From: the human T2T-CHM13v2.0 reference genome, Homo sapiens
Reading direction: 5' to 3' (one strand)
Assembly (NCBI RefSeq): GCF_009914755.1
Contig: NC_060929.1
Length of the DNA stretch: 64,000 nt
Both the position numbers and the translations under genes were made by a program. Of this stretch, positions 20,177-37,461 are shown in pieces. Position 1 is the stretch's first letter. The number at the start of each line of letters is the position of its first letter. The notes under the pieces were generated by a model. It saw only the letters and a program-made list of their open reading frames with translations, made no database searches and was not told where the DNA came from.

Positions 20177-22199
20177 ACTAGAAAGCTGTTGCAGAGAGAG
20201 ACTGGTACAGTGAAGCTATATTGTAATATCTCTTAAGGGGATCTGTGCTTTAAATAAGAAAGGAAAGTTTGAAACTGTTTATCATTACTATGGATGCCCT
20301 TAGATATAAATGACTAAGGCAATTTCTACCTCATAAAGAAAGGAGTGATAAGATCTGTTTGTCTGTCCTAAATTTGGATTAGAGATGCTCAGACTTTTGA
20401 AGCTATTCAGAAAGAATAATCTACTCACCAGATTCATTATCTTGTAATGACTTACTCTCATTTTAAACACAATTTGAGGTGCTTTGTTAAAATACCCTTC
20501 TGTCTATGAGAGCTGCATATTTCATCCGCAATTTTGTATAAAGAACGTATTAAATAATTTACAGTTTAGCAAGAAGGGAGTCTCTTACTACCTTTTAATA
20601 AAACTATTCCTAATACAATACACTTTAATCTTTTAAACATAATAAATGAACTGATCAATTTCAAAATCAATGTATGATCTTGGATTATGTTCCCTTGAAG
20701 TAAATCCCACTACAAAGCTGAATCCTGTAGGTTTCGTTCACGACACTTATAAAAAGATAAAGAGATGAGACCAGTGAGTGACCAGGCTAATGAGAAGGGA
20801 AAGTAGAGTTAAGTGAAAGTAGGAATGATCTTATATGGAAAAATATTGAGCAGCCTAAATCAGTGAACTTATCTCGGACAACAGAAAAAGATAATAAAAC
20901 TTCAACTGATCAGAAAATACTATAGTAGGTTATACATTTATTGGATTATTTTCTTTTTTCAAACATATCAAGCAGATATAAGCATATTAGGAAATCACAT
21001 TTGAAATCAAAGTCATTACCTCTGGGATCTTATTTCAGAGCTATATTCTTACAAAATACAGCTTAGAGGGCAGCACTACTTTCTCAGGAATCACAAAAGC
21101 AGTCAGGTGTGCAGATGAGACCAGAGACATATATTTGTTTTATCTCAGCCAGTTTAGTCCACTCATTCACCGTCATATAAATCATTTTCAAACCAACATT
21201 TTCTTGAATTCAGTGGCGACATGCAAAAACAGATTGTGTGAATAACTCAATAAAATGGATACAGTGATATAAGCCTAATTTTAAGACTGGCTCGAGAAAT
21301 ACCTAATAAAAATGTTTTTATGTAAATAGTTTTCTATTTCTACAGAAATAGAAAATGCAGTACAGAGAGCTACATGTTTAGTGCATTAAAATAGCGTGAA
21401 TCTTCTGGTACTTATATGTAAAGTACTTTAAAGTACTTCAACACATATTTAACATTAACATATATGTAAAGTAACATAACATATACGTAAAGTAACTTTA
21501 ACAAAGTGACCTAGGCCTATTCTAGAATCTGAAATTATTTCCAAATTGCTCTGTGAAAATACTTTACATATAAGTTCAAATATAAAACCATTGATACAAT
21601 GTTATGGTTATAACTTTCAACATAAAACTGAACACATTTGTAGTAAATGCAAACAAAATGGAATAGGGGGAATCCTAAATGTCTGGTTCTAAATTTCTTG
21701 CTTTTCTATCTTCCTCTCTGGAGCCACACAATACTCAATAGAGACTACTGTTGGATCTTGGAAGGTGAGTCTCAGGCTTAAAATTCTTAAATATCATGGG
21801 GAAAACAAGTGAGAATTCCACTGGCAAAGGCTGAGGAGGTAGCAGCAGAAGACACAGTGGCGTTTCTTAGATACAGGTAGGAAAATCAGTGGATTTCAAG
21901 GTGACCTGAGCCAAAACTGCTGGTTTATTTCATTAGAGAAGAATTGTAAGTACCAGCATGCTATTTATACTCTCAAAAAGCTTTGCCTGCTGACATTCTG
22001 TGCTGGAATAAAATAAGAACCTCCATCATGTTGAGAAAGAAATGACTGCCCCCCGCTCTTCCTGATGGGTTTTAGACCAGAGATGTGCCCTTGCGGAGAC
22101 AGTAAATCTGCCAACTCATTAGCTACTGGCTTACTGAAAGAAAGGGAAAACAAAATGAAATACAGAAATGAGACAAAACAACAATAAAAGAAACTACTT

Positions 22200-23030
22200 T
22201 CTGCTGCCTTTGATTTATAAAATAGTGGTAAAAAAGAGAAAGAGAATATTCAGAAAGCAAAAGAGGAAAATGACAAAATGCCTTCAAAGGGACGCGAATA
22301 AAACTTGCAGATAACTTTCAACTTAAACAATTAAAAACAGAAAGCAATGTAATTAAATAGCATACCAAGCAACATAAAATTTTATAACCAGTGCTATGGG
22401 CTGAATTGTGTCCCCCACAAAATCCATATTAAAGCTGTAACCCCCAGTATGACTATATTAAAAATAGAGCCTATAGGGAGGTAGCTACTGTTAAAGGAGA
22501 TCATAAGGTTGGAGTCCTAACAGGATTAGTGTCCTTACAATAAAAATACGAGCGGCTTCTCTCTCTTTCTCCCCTCTCATGTGCAAAGAAGTCATGTGAG
22601 CACATGGCACAGTGGGACGGCAGACACTAGGAGTATGAGAAGAGGCCTCCAAATGAAACCTTCCTGTCTGGCACCTTGATCTCAGACTTCCCAGTCTCCA
22701 GAACCGTGAGAAATAAATTTCTGTTGTTTAAATCACCCAGTCAGTGGTATTTTGTTATTGCAGCCCAAGAAGACTAATATAACCAGCTAAATGGTATCTC
22801 CAAATGAAACAAGATAAAGGGATTTTTGAAAAAAAAAAACTTGAATTTTTCATTGACAACCATATTTAAAAAGGTATTATTTCGGTAAAAATGAAATGAG
22901 ACCAGTTCAATGATAAGGTAAAGAGTGATTTTAAGAATTAACATGAGAAATCTAAATTAGTATTATCTATGTTAAATAATGTGACAATATTATATGGATT
23001 AAATCTATGTAGAATTAAAACGGTAGATAT
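22200..23030 (+). mobile_element. Old L1M ORF1-region remnant, interrupted by an MLT1A LTR
   Basis: AGAATATTCAGAAAGCAAAAGAGG...CCTTCAAAGG and ATTTTATAACCAG|CTAAA...GATAAAGGGATTTTT are continuous across the LTR, as in old L1 ORF1 3' ends. Confidence 0.55.
22392..22781 (+). mobile_element. MLT1A (MLT1A1-like) solo LTR
   Basis: TGCTATGGGCTGAATTGTGTCCCCC...GTGAGAAATAAATTTCTGTTGTTTAA...GACTAATATA; perfect 5-bp TSD ACCAG at 22387-22391 and 22782-22786. Confidence 0.9.
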
Positions 23031-23169
23031 GTGCTGGAAATCGCTTGGCTATTCATGTCCCTCTACGTTGGATACACTGCTGATCTCAAAAGACATTTCC
23101 CATGTGGAAGTGCCATGTTTATTCTCCTCATACTTATTCAATACTTTTATAAATTCATTAAAATGCATA

Positions 23170-23615
23170 TTTTAAAAAATACACTTTTACTTTTGAATAG
23201 CTTAAGATTTACAGAAATGTTGTGAACCTAGTACAGAAGGCTCCTATATACCCTACAACCAGTTTACCTTATCATTAACATTAATATGCTATATTTGTCA
23301 CAAGTAATAAACCAGTACTGACATATTATTATTAAATAAAGTATATACTTTACTCCAATTTTCTTATTTTTTAACCTAATGCCTTTTTTTTCTGTTTTAG
23401 GGTCCCAATCAGGATACCACATTATGTTTAGTAACGATGTCTTCTTAGGCCCCTATTGGCTGCAGCAGTTTCTCAGTCTTCCTTATTTGAATGACTTTAC
23501 AGTTTTGAGGAGTAATGGTGAGGTTTTTTTGTAAAATGTTTTTTATATGCGTTTGTGTAATACTTTTCTCATGGTTACAGAGGTTTATAGGTTTTGGGGA
23601 GGATGACCACAGATT
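23170..23615 (-). mobile_element. L1MC/L1MD-type 3' end
   Basis: GATTTACAGAAATGTTG...CAGGATACCACATT...CAGTTTCTCAG...CAGTTTTGAGGAGTA matches the reverse L1MC2/L1MD 3'UTR. Confidence 0.75.
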
Positions 23616-24847
23616 TCTGTTAAGGTTTCTGCATTTGCTCAAGATATTTTTTTCTTTGTGAGTGTGGTGTTCATTGTAATCTTTGGAACATAAAATAATA
23701 TATTTGAAGAATGATAAATGTTCAGTTAGAACTTGTGACTCACTACAAAAAGTATGGTATTAGCTTAAGTCTTTATTCGGAGCAAGTGAACATGTTTGGG
23801 TGAATAACTGCCAATGAAGACCAAGTTGGATGTGTTTATTTCTAGTTATTTTTCCTTAGGGACAGAACAAGCTTATGTGAATAAACTTTTGCTAGGTTTT
23901 TAAAAACCTGTTATGCATTGGAATAGTGAATTCCATTATTTGAAATATCAATGCTTTCCCAGGAAAACTGAGCACAGAGCCATTTTCCCACAACTTTGTC
24001 TACCATTATTCACAAAATAGAATATACAGACAAGGCAGGGCCATCGTGTAGGTCCAGACATAAGGTATTCTATTTAAAACAAATCAGAATTTTTACAAGA
24101 GCATGTGTTTCTTGATTCTCTTTGGACATTAATAATGGAGGCTCTCATTTTATATGAATCAATTAAATTTTCACTAATTTTTGAACTGTCAAATGAATAG
24201 CCATTTACTGAGCTCTTATTGTGTGCCTCACACTATAATAGTCAGTTCTGTGTATCACAGAAACTGAGAATACGGTTTCTGTATTCAATAAAAAGAATAT
24301 TTGGAGAGATTCATTTGATACAGAGAAAAGTGCAAAATGAGATTAGAGAATGAATAACGGGAAGAGGCTTCTGAGACTAGAATTGTAAGAAAGTTTTGAT
24401 GAAGAAAGCAGAACACTTGCTGGATCTGACTTATATGCCTTGGATCACAGAGCAGAAACGAAAGGATATTATTCAGGGCAAACATCACTCTGTGTCAAGG
24501 GTAGAATGACATAAATCATCTTGGAGACCATTAGTCTAGGACCTGGGAGGACCTGAATGGTCTGTGTCAAAGAGCAGAGATTAGCTCCAAGATTTTATTT
24601 TGCTTCCTGGGCTAACAACTACTCATAGGAGACATGTGTAGGAACTCATGAATCATTTTTGACACATAATAGGTCAGTGTAATATAAAACATTACAGAAA
24701 ACAATGGTCTGAATGATCACTGGCATTTACTTGGGGTGTTTTAGGTTTATATGTTCAAGTGAAACATAATAGTCTAATGAGTAAAGTTTGGCAATCCTGG
24801 AAACATGAAATTTTATCTCATCTTTAATTATAACAGATAGCCCTAAA

Positions 24848-24849
<2 letters not shown>

Positions 24850-24896
<47 letters not shown>

Positions 24897-24898
24897 TG
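24850..24898 (+). repeat. (TG)n microsatellite, about 19 perfect units plus imperfect tail
   Basis: Read directly. Confidence 0.97.
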
Positions 24899-26012
24899 GT
24901 TATTGAAAATGAAGTATCATGACAAGTGCCTGATTATGCATTTCAATATGGGAAATATTCAAAAAAGGAACAGAGTTTAATAAAACCCTACATTAAAATT
25001 ATTGATAAATGATTTGTATAACATAATGTTTCCTTAGTCTTATGGAAAAAAATTCATTGGTTTGGGTGATTATGTGAAATAAGAGAGTATTTGTACTTCG
25101 TCTCCTCCAGAGTGCTATAGACATTTGTTAATCATGAGTATTTGAGCACATGGTACAGTAATCACAGAATTACACTAATAGCTATATAAATACAATTTAG
25201 GAAACTGAATAATAACACAAATATCCAAGTGAAATTTCCACACTGATTTCTTTCTTGTTCATGTGGCACAGTCTATGAGTAAAGAATAAAACAAAAAGTT
25301 GTGCTGAGAGAAGAAAGAAGATCAACCTGCTAATAGAAAAAGATATTTTGGTGCTTCATGAAAGAGAAAATTAAAACTCCAGGTTTCTCATGGGTGATAA
25401 GGAGTGAAGATTGCTGCAACACCCACTGCTCATGTTGTTTGGGGGCTGATTAAAAAAGCAGAATAAAGCCAGTGTGGAGGCTTTTCTCTGTGTGGCTCAC
25501 AGAACCCGGTGTGACGAAACAGGACTGTGAGCTGGCAATGGAGCACGGCCATTTGGAGCTTATTTCTTTAAGTTTTCTATAAATGTGAGTTTTTGGCTGA
25601 GCAAACCTTTGTGTGAAGTAATCCACTGATCATGCAAGGAAGCAAGGTATAATGGGCTTGTTTTGCTTATTCTTAGCCAAAATGTGCTTATTTTTACAAG
25701 AGGAGGCATAAAAATATCCCACACAGTCTTCTAGAGGCCTAGCCATCAGTAGATCTCAGTTCAATTTTTTGGTGGGGGAGTACTCTTATCTCTCCAGATT
25801 TTGTCATGGTGCTTTGACTTGTGACATCAGATCTCTGATGAGTTTGACCAAGAAAGCCTTTACTTTTCTCTCAGCTTTACTAAACTTTCCATAGGCTTCT
25901 TCTTGCCACTAGGCCCCTATTCTCCTTCTCCTTAGAGCATTTACTTTAGAAAACTTGCATATTATTTCTCTGCCCCTTTGAGGGCATAAATATTTCTAAA
26001 ACTCTCTGGCCA

Positions 26013-26450
26013 CTGGTAATCACCCTTCTACTTTCCATTTGTATGACTTTAACATTTTTATATTCTATATATAAAAGATAATGCCAAGGGTTTGGGAGTG
26101 GGAGAAATGGGGAGATGTTAGTCAAAGAGTACAAATTGGTCATAAGGTTGAGAAGTTCTGAGGGTCTAATGCACAGCATGCTACTATAATTAATAATAAT
26201 GTATTGTACACCTGAAACTTGCTAAGAGAGCAGGTAAGTATTCTCACCATAAGCACAAAAATAGTTAACCACGTGAGGTGATTGCTATGTTAATTGGCTT
26301 AATTGTGATAATCATTTCACAATTTATCTGTATATGGAAGCATCACATTGTACACCTTAAATATATACAAGTTTTATTTGTCAATTATACCTTGACGAAG
26401 CCGAAAACAATCAAATAAATAAACCAAAACCACACAAAACCAAGAAACAA
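26013..26450 (+). mobile_element. L1MA9-like 3' end with a short 5'-inverted segment (26013-26082) and degenerate A-tail
   Basis: 26083-26405 is forward L1MA9 3'UTR (GGGGAGATGTTAGTCAAAG...TTTATTTGTCAATTATACCT); 26013-26082 is the reverse complement of the immediately upstream consensus part; A-rich 26404-26450. Confidence 0.85.
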
Positions 26451-26460
26451 TGCTCTAGAG

Positions 26461-26667
26461 CTATTCTAAGCAATACGACAACTACTAGCCACATGTGGCT
26501 ATTTAAATTTAAGTAATTGGTTAAAATTAAATAAATCACATATTCAGTTCTTCAGCCTCACTAGCCACATTTCAAGTACTCAATAGCCACATGTGGCTCA
26601 ACCATATAAGACAATGCAAATTATAGAATATTCCCATCATCACAGAAACTTCTCATGGGCAGTACTG
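26461..26667 (-). mobile_element. MER3 hAT-Charlie MITE
   Basis: Two TAGCCACATGTGGCT palindromes, ATTTAAATTT core, CATCATCACAGAAA end; left flank CTCTAGAG is a typical Charlie target. Confidence 0.85.
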
Positions 26668-26671
26668 CTTT

Positions 26672-26806
26672 AAGCAATGGTAGAGCAGTCAGATAGCAAG
26701 AAGCTGGGTGCCTAAAGGACAAAACAGGTAAAGCCATCTGCTCATCTGCCATCCCTGCTTACCTCAGAATGCTGTCTGAAAGACAAATAAATGTCTATTT
26801 TAAATC
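26672..26806 (+). mobile_element. MLT1J-like LTR 3' fragment
   Basis: AGAGCAG..AGATAG..AGAAGCTGGGT...TGCTTACCTCAGA...AAATAAATGTCTATTTT resembles the MLT1J segment containing the poly(A) signal. Confidence 0.6.
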
Positions 26807-27482
26807 CAAAAAATAAAACAAACTTTAAAAGCCTCTGGTCAGTTTTGCAACCCATGAATGTCTTTCTCAAGCACCTGGGAGCTATCCTTTGAAATGTACT
26901 CATGAAAAAAGATAAAGCCCTTATCTCTCAATATCGTAGGAGTTAGGAGCCTAACAGGTGGACACTTTGCTGCTCCAATGTGTAAAACTACCTCTTGTCA
27001 TGAAGATAGGAGAAAATTTACCTTTCCTTCTGGTAAAGCCAATTAACATACACATATGGCCTGTGATTCACCTCATCCCAGCTCTTAAAAATTCTTCAGT
27101 TATTTGTTTTAGCAGAATTTAGTTGAGTTTCTTTCCTCTGTTCTAATAACCTTAAAGTTTTTCCTGCCTGTTTCAGTGTGTCTGGTGTGATTTTTGCTTT
27201 GACAGGTTAAAGGACAGTGGTTGATTTTCAGCTTGTCCCATTTTTCTTGTTGTAAGGATGTGAGTTATTATTTCTTAGCTTCATTTATGTCAGAGCTAAA
27301 ACTAGAATTAATATATACTTTTAACAAAACTATCATCCAACTAGACCTAATTGACACTTACATAGCCTGAAACAGAATACAATATTTCTTAAAGTACACA
27401 TGGAACATTCACCAAAACAGATTTTGTTTCAGCCCACAAATCGTACCTTCATAATTTTAAAACAATAGAAATAATACACTTC

Positions 27483-27797
<315 letters not shown>

Positions 27798-27848
27798 TCA
27801 TATTCTTAGATCACAAAATAACATGTAATTTAAAAAAACTATGTGGAA

Positions 27849-28215
<367 letters not shown>

Positions 28216-29384
28216 TCAAACAGGGGTTAATGGGAACATTTTGGGAAAATTGAAAATATTTTAAACTGAATAAGAATGAAAATTCAAAATTTGTGAGAAA
28301 TAACCACAACAGCTAGGACAAAAACTAATGCTTACAGTCGAAAAGAAGAACAGTCTCAAATAATAATCTAAATTTCCAATTTAAGACATTAGAAAAGGCA
28401 GAATAAACTAAACTTGAAACAAGCAGCAAAACAAAACTCTAATATTGCTATCCAAAGGACATTCTGAAAAACCGTGAAATAGCAACACTTCTTTTTCCTA
28501 ACTTTAATCACTTATTCACAGAAGAGGAACATAATGCAAGCAAAGGTCCATTTACATAATTAATTAGCCAGTGGTGTGAACATAATTATATTTACTTTCC
28601 AATCTATTTAGAAATATCTCTTTATGGGGAATAGCAATGCTAAAATATTGCAGGCCAGTCAAAATGTGAATCTAGGTTTCATTCCCTGCTGAATAAATCA
28701 AACTTTAGCCAATTTTATATTTGCCCCTGGGACGTATGATAATAATGAGCTATTTGACTTCTAGAATCAGTGTTTTTAATTATCTCTGTTAATAGAGATT
28801 TATTCAGTAAATAAATGCTACATTTTATGCCCCTTCTACATAAACATAGCCAATAGCAGTTATTAGTTTCATAACAACATAATAATCCAAGTGTCTCCTA
28901 TTAATGTGTTCTGGACTCACACTGTAAAGTATGAAGAATAACTGGCTAAGAAAATATAGCCACGCTAGCTATTCAAAAACCAAGATATGAAAGGCAATAA
29001 CATAGTGTTTCAAGATTTCCATTCCTTAGAAGAAAGTTGCAAGGCTATTTGTTGATGTTCAAATCATTTATGGTAGATGAAAACTTTACACTTTTTAAAA
29101 TCCTGTCAATATGTGGACCAAATTACACATAATTAAATGAGGCTAGAAAATAAATGTGCCATTTTTTTTTTGGTAAAATGTAGACAGATTCCAGGCAAAA
29201 CTGAACACAATTGAAGCAACTGCATAAATTTGGTCAGTATAACGTCTTGCAAAACCATATTTTTTCACAGTTTTAAAGAAGAAATTGGAAAATGTTTATT
29301 TGGTGGAAAAAATAAATAAAGGAAATAAAAATCTAGGTTGTAAGTCATTATCTTGGTAAGTTAAGTAAATAGGTAATTATAAAT

Positions 29385-29732
29385 ATCACTGTCCATTTCT
29401 AAGATACCCTCCCTAAATCAGGAGAAAAGAAACATTTTTACTGCCAGAGATGGGCAGTCAAAGCTGTGAGAACTCTGTACAAATAGATAATTAACTTCCT
29501 TTTGTCTTCCCATATATTTTAATTTTCTGCAATTGTTATTCTTTCTTTAACCTAGTATATAACCACTCAGGCCTATCTACTTCTTTGGGTCTTCATTTTT
29601 CTAGTGAGGGCTCCCATATACATGTAAAAACTACTAAATAAAATTTGTATGTTTTTCTCCTGCTAATCTGTTTTATATCAGTCCCAGCTGGATATCCTAA
29701 CAGGTTAGATGAGGAATTTTACCTTCCCTATA
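29385..29732 (+). mobile_element. MER34-family ERV1 LTR, partial
   Basis: CTTCTTTGGGTCTTCATTT...GGCTCCC...AATAAAATTTGTATG.TTTTCTCCTG.TAATCTG...TTCCCTATA 3' signature. Confidence 0.7.
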
Positions 29733-31675
29733 AGTAAAATGAAGAAACTGGTTTAGAGCAGAAAAATGATCACAGTCATTTAGGGCCAGCTTCAATATTT
29801 AACTCAAATAATTTTCTTACTCTGTACTAACTTATTGTTTCTTGAACAAGTCTATGTATAAAGGATTGAAAAATTAAATAGCCCTTATCAAAGGCATACA
29901 GGTTTTTTTTTTTACTGTAAAATAAAAAAGATAAGCTAGATGATTTCTCAAGGATTTTTCTATTCTCAGACTGTGATGTTTTGAATAACCTAAACATTTG
30001 AAGCCTATCTGTAGTTAGACAGTTTAAATGATGAATGCTATCTTATAACTTCGTAACTGCCTCCTTAAGGTAGACAGTTTTAGGCTACTGGAAGATATTC
30101 TAACCAAGATGTAAGCTAATTTCAAGCCAATGTAATATATGGATAAGAAAACATTTTTTTTCAAATGTGTGCTAGAAATAGCATTTTATCTTCAAAGGAA
30201 ACAATTTTCTCTTTAATGTTGGTTAAATAAATAGACTTATTTTTTGTTGATAGGCAGATAAGTGCCTATTTTCATACTAAAATTAGTTACTGAATATTAG
30301 TTTATGACCTATGTATTGACATGATTTTATTTTTTCCTTATGTAGTCTTATGTGTCTTCCTATTTCCCATGATTTAAATGTCTCCTTAAAGCTTCCTCAA
30401 ACATTAGAGGAAAGAGATTAAAATATTGCTGCCTAAATTAAACTAGTTTTAGACATTTTTATTATTATATTACACCATAAAAGGCATGTTTTCATTAACT
30501 TTGGAGTGTATGTTTGTGATGTTAAGTCTTAAATCATAAAATTATCTTATGTAATCGAAGTAACTTTTTGAGACTTGGTGCCTGAAACAAGGGTGGGCAG
30601 CTCAAAGTTATAGCTGGTCATTTTCTTAATTCTCCAGAGAATTAGGAAGTGCTTCAGGAAACCTTTAGTTAATGCAAATCAAAAGAGACATAACAGATAT
30701 GTTGAGATTTAAGCCCTTCAGAATTATTTAAGTATTCAAAAAAAATAGAACTGCTGTGAATAAACAGAAAAAAATATCAGGTTCAAATATGAACCCTAAG
30801 TTAAAAGCCACACGATATATTTAACAGCTGACATGGATTTATGATCAAGCTACTTCTCAAATGGAAAACTCTACACTCCTGGGTGAGTAGCTGCAGTGAT
30901 TTACTTATTTATCTGTGGTTCCTGTGCTGAGGAAGGCAGATAAGCACACAAAATACATGTATTAAAACACATGCCATGGTAACTGTGATTTCATCCTGGA
31001 AAGTGAGAAAAAGAAGGAGAGAAACACAAAACTATTTATATTTTATATACTCTTAGGTTGTTTGCATTTTTACCTGGGAGGTTGTGTTACATTTGTGATT
31101 CCTTTATAAATTCTACACACTTTTTTAAAACCTACTATGTACCATGCACTGTTCTAGGCTTTGGGAAAAGGCAGTGAACAACAACAACAAAAAAATCAAT
31201 ATTTCCAGTTTAACAGAGCTGATATTTTCATAGATTAATCAGAAAACAAAATAAGTTTGTAGATGTAAAAGGCAGATATGTAAAAACTCAGTTCCAACAA
31301 TACTTCATTAATGATAATAACAAAATAATTTTCTAGCTAGAATTGTTTTTTCAATTTTGCCTAATCTTCAATAATTTTTATAAAAATATATGTATTCATT
31401 TATCAGATAATCATAATCATGAAATAGTTTTGTTTGTTAATTCATTCTATAAGAATGAAATGATTATTCAGTAACAAAAGGTTAATCTTTTAAATTTATT
31501 TTGTCACATAATGAAAATGATTTTATGGCAAATGCCACCAAATTTTCTTCCTTTTTATAGCCTGAAATTAAAAAACAACCACACTAATTATTATATATAA
31601 GTACTTTGTTAATAGTTTTTTTAATATTTATAACTTGGAAATTTACAGAAAAAGACATGGAGAAGCACAGAATTA

Positions 31676-32281
31676 CAGTAAGTCCTCATGTAACCTTGTG
31701 GATAGGTTCTTGGAAACCACAATTTTAAGCAAAGCAAAGTCTAAGAAGACATATTTGACCCTAAACTAGTTAATATAAACAAGACTTCAGTTCCTATGAA
31801 ATATTTCTGGTAATAAAAAAAATCATCAAACTTCTAAAAAAAGACTCCAAACTCTTTTAGTATTAAACAGTGACATAAATGTGAGCTATACACACATTTT
31901 AAAAAGATTCATAAAAACAAGTAAGATAATTATTTACCCACTTACTTCAGTTCAGAGTCACAGGTGGCCAGAGACTGTCCTGGCAGCTCAGGGTTCCAGG
32001 CAGTAACCAATCCTGGACAGGACACCAACCCATCACAGAGCACACTCACGCCCACACTCATACTCACTCACACTGGGACCATCACACAGGCCAACTCATC
32101 TCACATGCACCGCTGTGAGACGTGGGGGGAAAACAGAGTACCTAGAGAAAACCCACACAGACATAGGAAGCACCTCCAGACTCCACACAGACAGTGGTCC
32201 TCGCTGGAAATCGATCTTTATTCTCATCAACATTATAATGAAATGACATTGAACAAAACAACGTTATTCATGGACCTGTTG
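31676..32281 (-). mobile_element. MER6A (TcMar-Tigger MITE), full length
   Basis: TA|CAGTAAGTCCTC...GGACCTGTTG|TA terminal inverted repeats with TA TSD; 606 bp; internal GAGAAAACCCACACAGACAT...CTCCACACAGACAG domain. Confidence 0.88.
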
Positions 32282-32471
32282 TATTAAATAATCTAAACAC
32301 CAAGGTCCACTTTTTCTCAGTGTACAAACATCACCAGGATCTATAATCTCTTCAGATTTCCTGAACTCCTTTAGGGGCTGTTTTCCTCTGATTTGGATCA
32401 GAAGATGTAGAAGAAATATAGCAAACTGTGTGTCATGCTGCTCAAATATGGAACGTAACTGCATTATATAT

Positions 32472-32870
32472 TGTATTATTTTTACCACGACTGCCATAAC
32501 AAAGCACCACAGACTGGCTTAAGCAACAGAAATTTATTTTCTCACAGTTCTAGAGGCTGGAAGTCCAAGATCAAAGTACTGGCACAGCTGGTTTCCTTTG
32601 AGGCCTCTCTTCCCAGCTTGCAGATATCTGCCCTCTTTCTGCATCTTCACTGGGTCATCCCTCTGTGCACCTGAACTTCTAGTATCTCTCTGTGTGTCCT
32701 AATCTCCAATTACAAAGACAACAGTCAGATTGAATTAGAGCGACCTAATGGCTTCATTTAACTTAATCAATTATTTAGAGCCCCTGTCTCCGAATACAGT
32801 CACATTCTGAGGTACCAAGGCTCAGGGTTTCAGCATATGAGTTTTGGGTAGCACAATTAAGTCCAAAACA
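32472..32870 (-). mobile_element. MLT1B/MLT1A-like solo LTR
   Basis: CTGCCATAACAAAGCACCACAGACTGG...GAGGCTGGAAGTCCAAGATCAA...CAGTCACATTCTGAGGTAC; about 400 bp. Confidence 0.85.
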
Positions 32871-32876
32871 GATTTT

Positions 32877-32941
32877 TTTTTCTCTCCTCTTCTTCCTCCT
32901 CCTCTTCCTCTGCCTTTTTCTTCTTTTCCTCCTTCTTTCTT
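32877..32941 (+). repeat. Pyrimidine-only low-complexity tract ((CCT/CTT)n)
   Basis: Read directly; nearly pure C/T. Confidence 0.85.
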
Positions 32942-33410
32942 AGGTAAATTTTCTGGTCTAGGAGGGCTGGTAAATTCATCATCTCTATATTGATACATAT
33001 AACCCCAACTTTAGTTTCCTAACAGAATCCATCCCCATCCCTTATCAACCTACCGGTATAACCCCAACCTCCAAGGCTCTGGTAGAGTCATGTTTCTTCC
33101 TAAAAGCCCTCCCATGTCACTTCAGATCCTGCAATGTTTCACTCCCCTGACCTACATCCCCCACTGCCCCTGGCACTTCCCACCAATAAAATAAGGCCTG
33201 GCTTCCTCAGAGGTATAGTACCTCAACATCATGCATGAATTTCTGGCTAAGTAGATCTTTAGGTATAGAGATATATTATTTTAAAAGGCATTTCAGAAGA
33301 TTCTGATGGAGCCCTCTAGAACTCTTATCAGACACTCAAGTAATGTTATGTCTTGTGATATCTGCAGGTGACATTTTCACAATTTTTAAATTTTTTTGGT
33401 ACATATATTT

Positions 33411-37387
<3,977 letters not shown>

Positions 37388-37461
37388 TACATATATTTCC
37401 ATATTTGTATCTTTTTCTTTAATTAGAATTCAAGATTGTGAGAAAAGTGTCTAACTACATC

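Larger units (their letters stand above)
25845..27204 (+). mobile_element. MER67-like ERV1 LTR, split in two (25845-26012 and 26826-27204)
   Basis: TG...CA ends; CTTAGAGCATTTACTTTAGAAAACTTG in the left part continues as CAGTTTTGCAACCCATGAATGTCTTTCTCAAG in the right part; 4-bp TSD AGTT/GGTT; sits within an older L1M 5'-end remnant (~25750-27310). Confidence 0.8.

Noticed and set aside
21700-21770. Possible 41-nt exon ending in AAG|GTGAGT
   Set aside because: Donor is strong but the acceptor is a rare GAG; no other support.
26486-26598. Repeated palindromes TAGCCACATGTGGCT resembling a spaced repeat array
   Set aside because: Internal structure of MER3; not CRISPR-like, and the DNA is eukaryotic.
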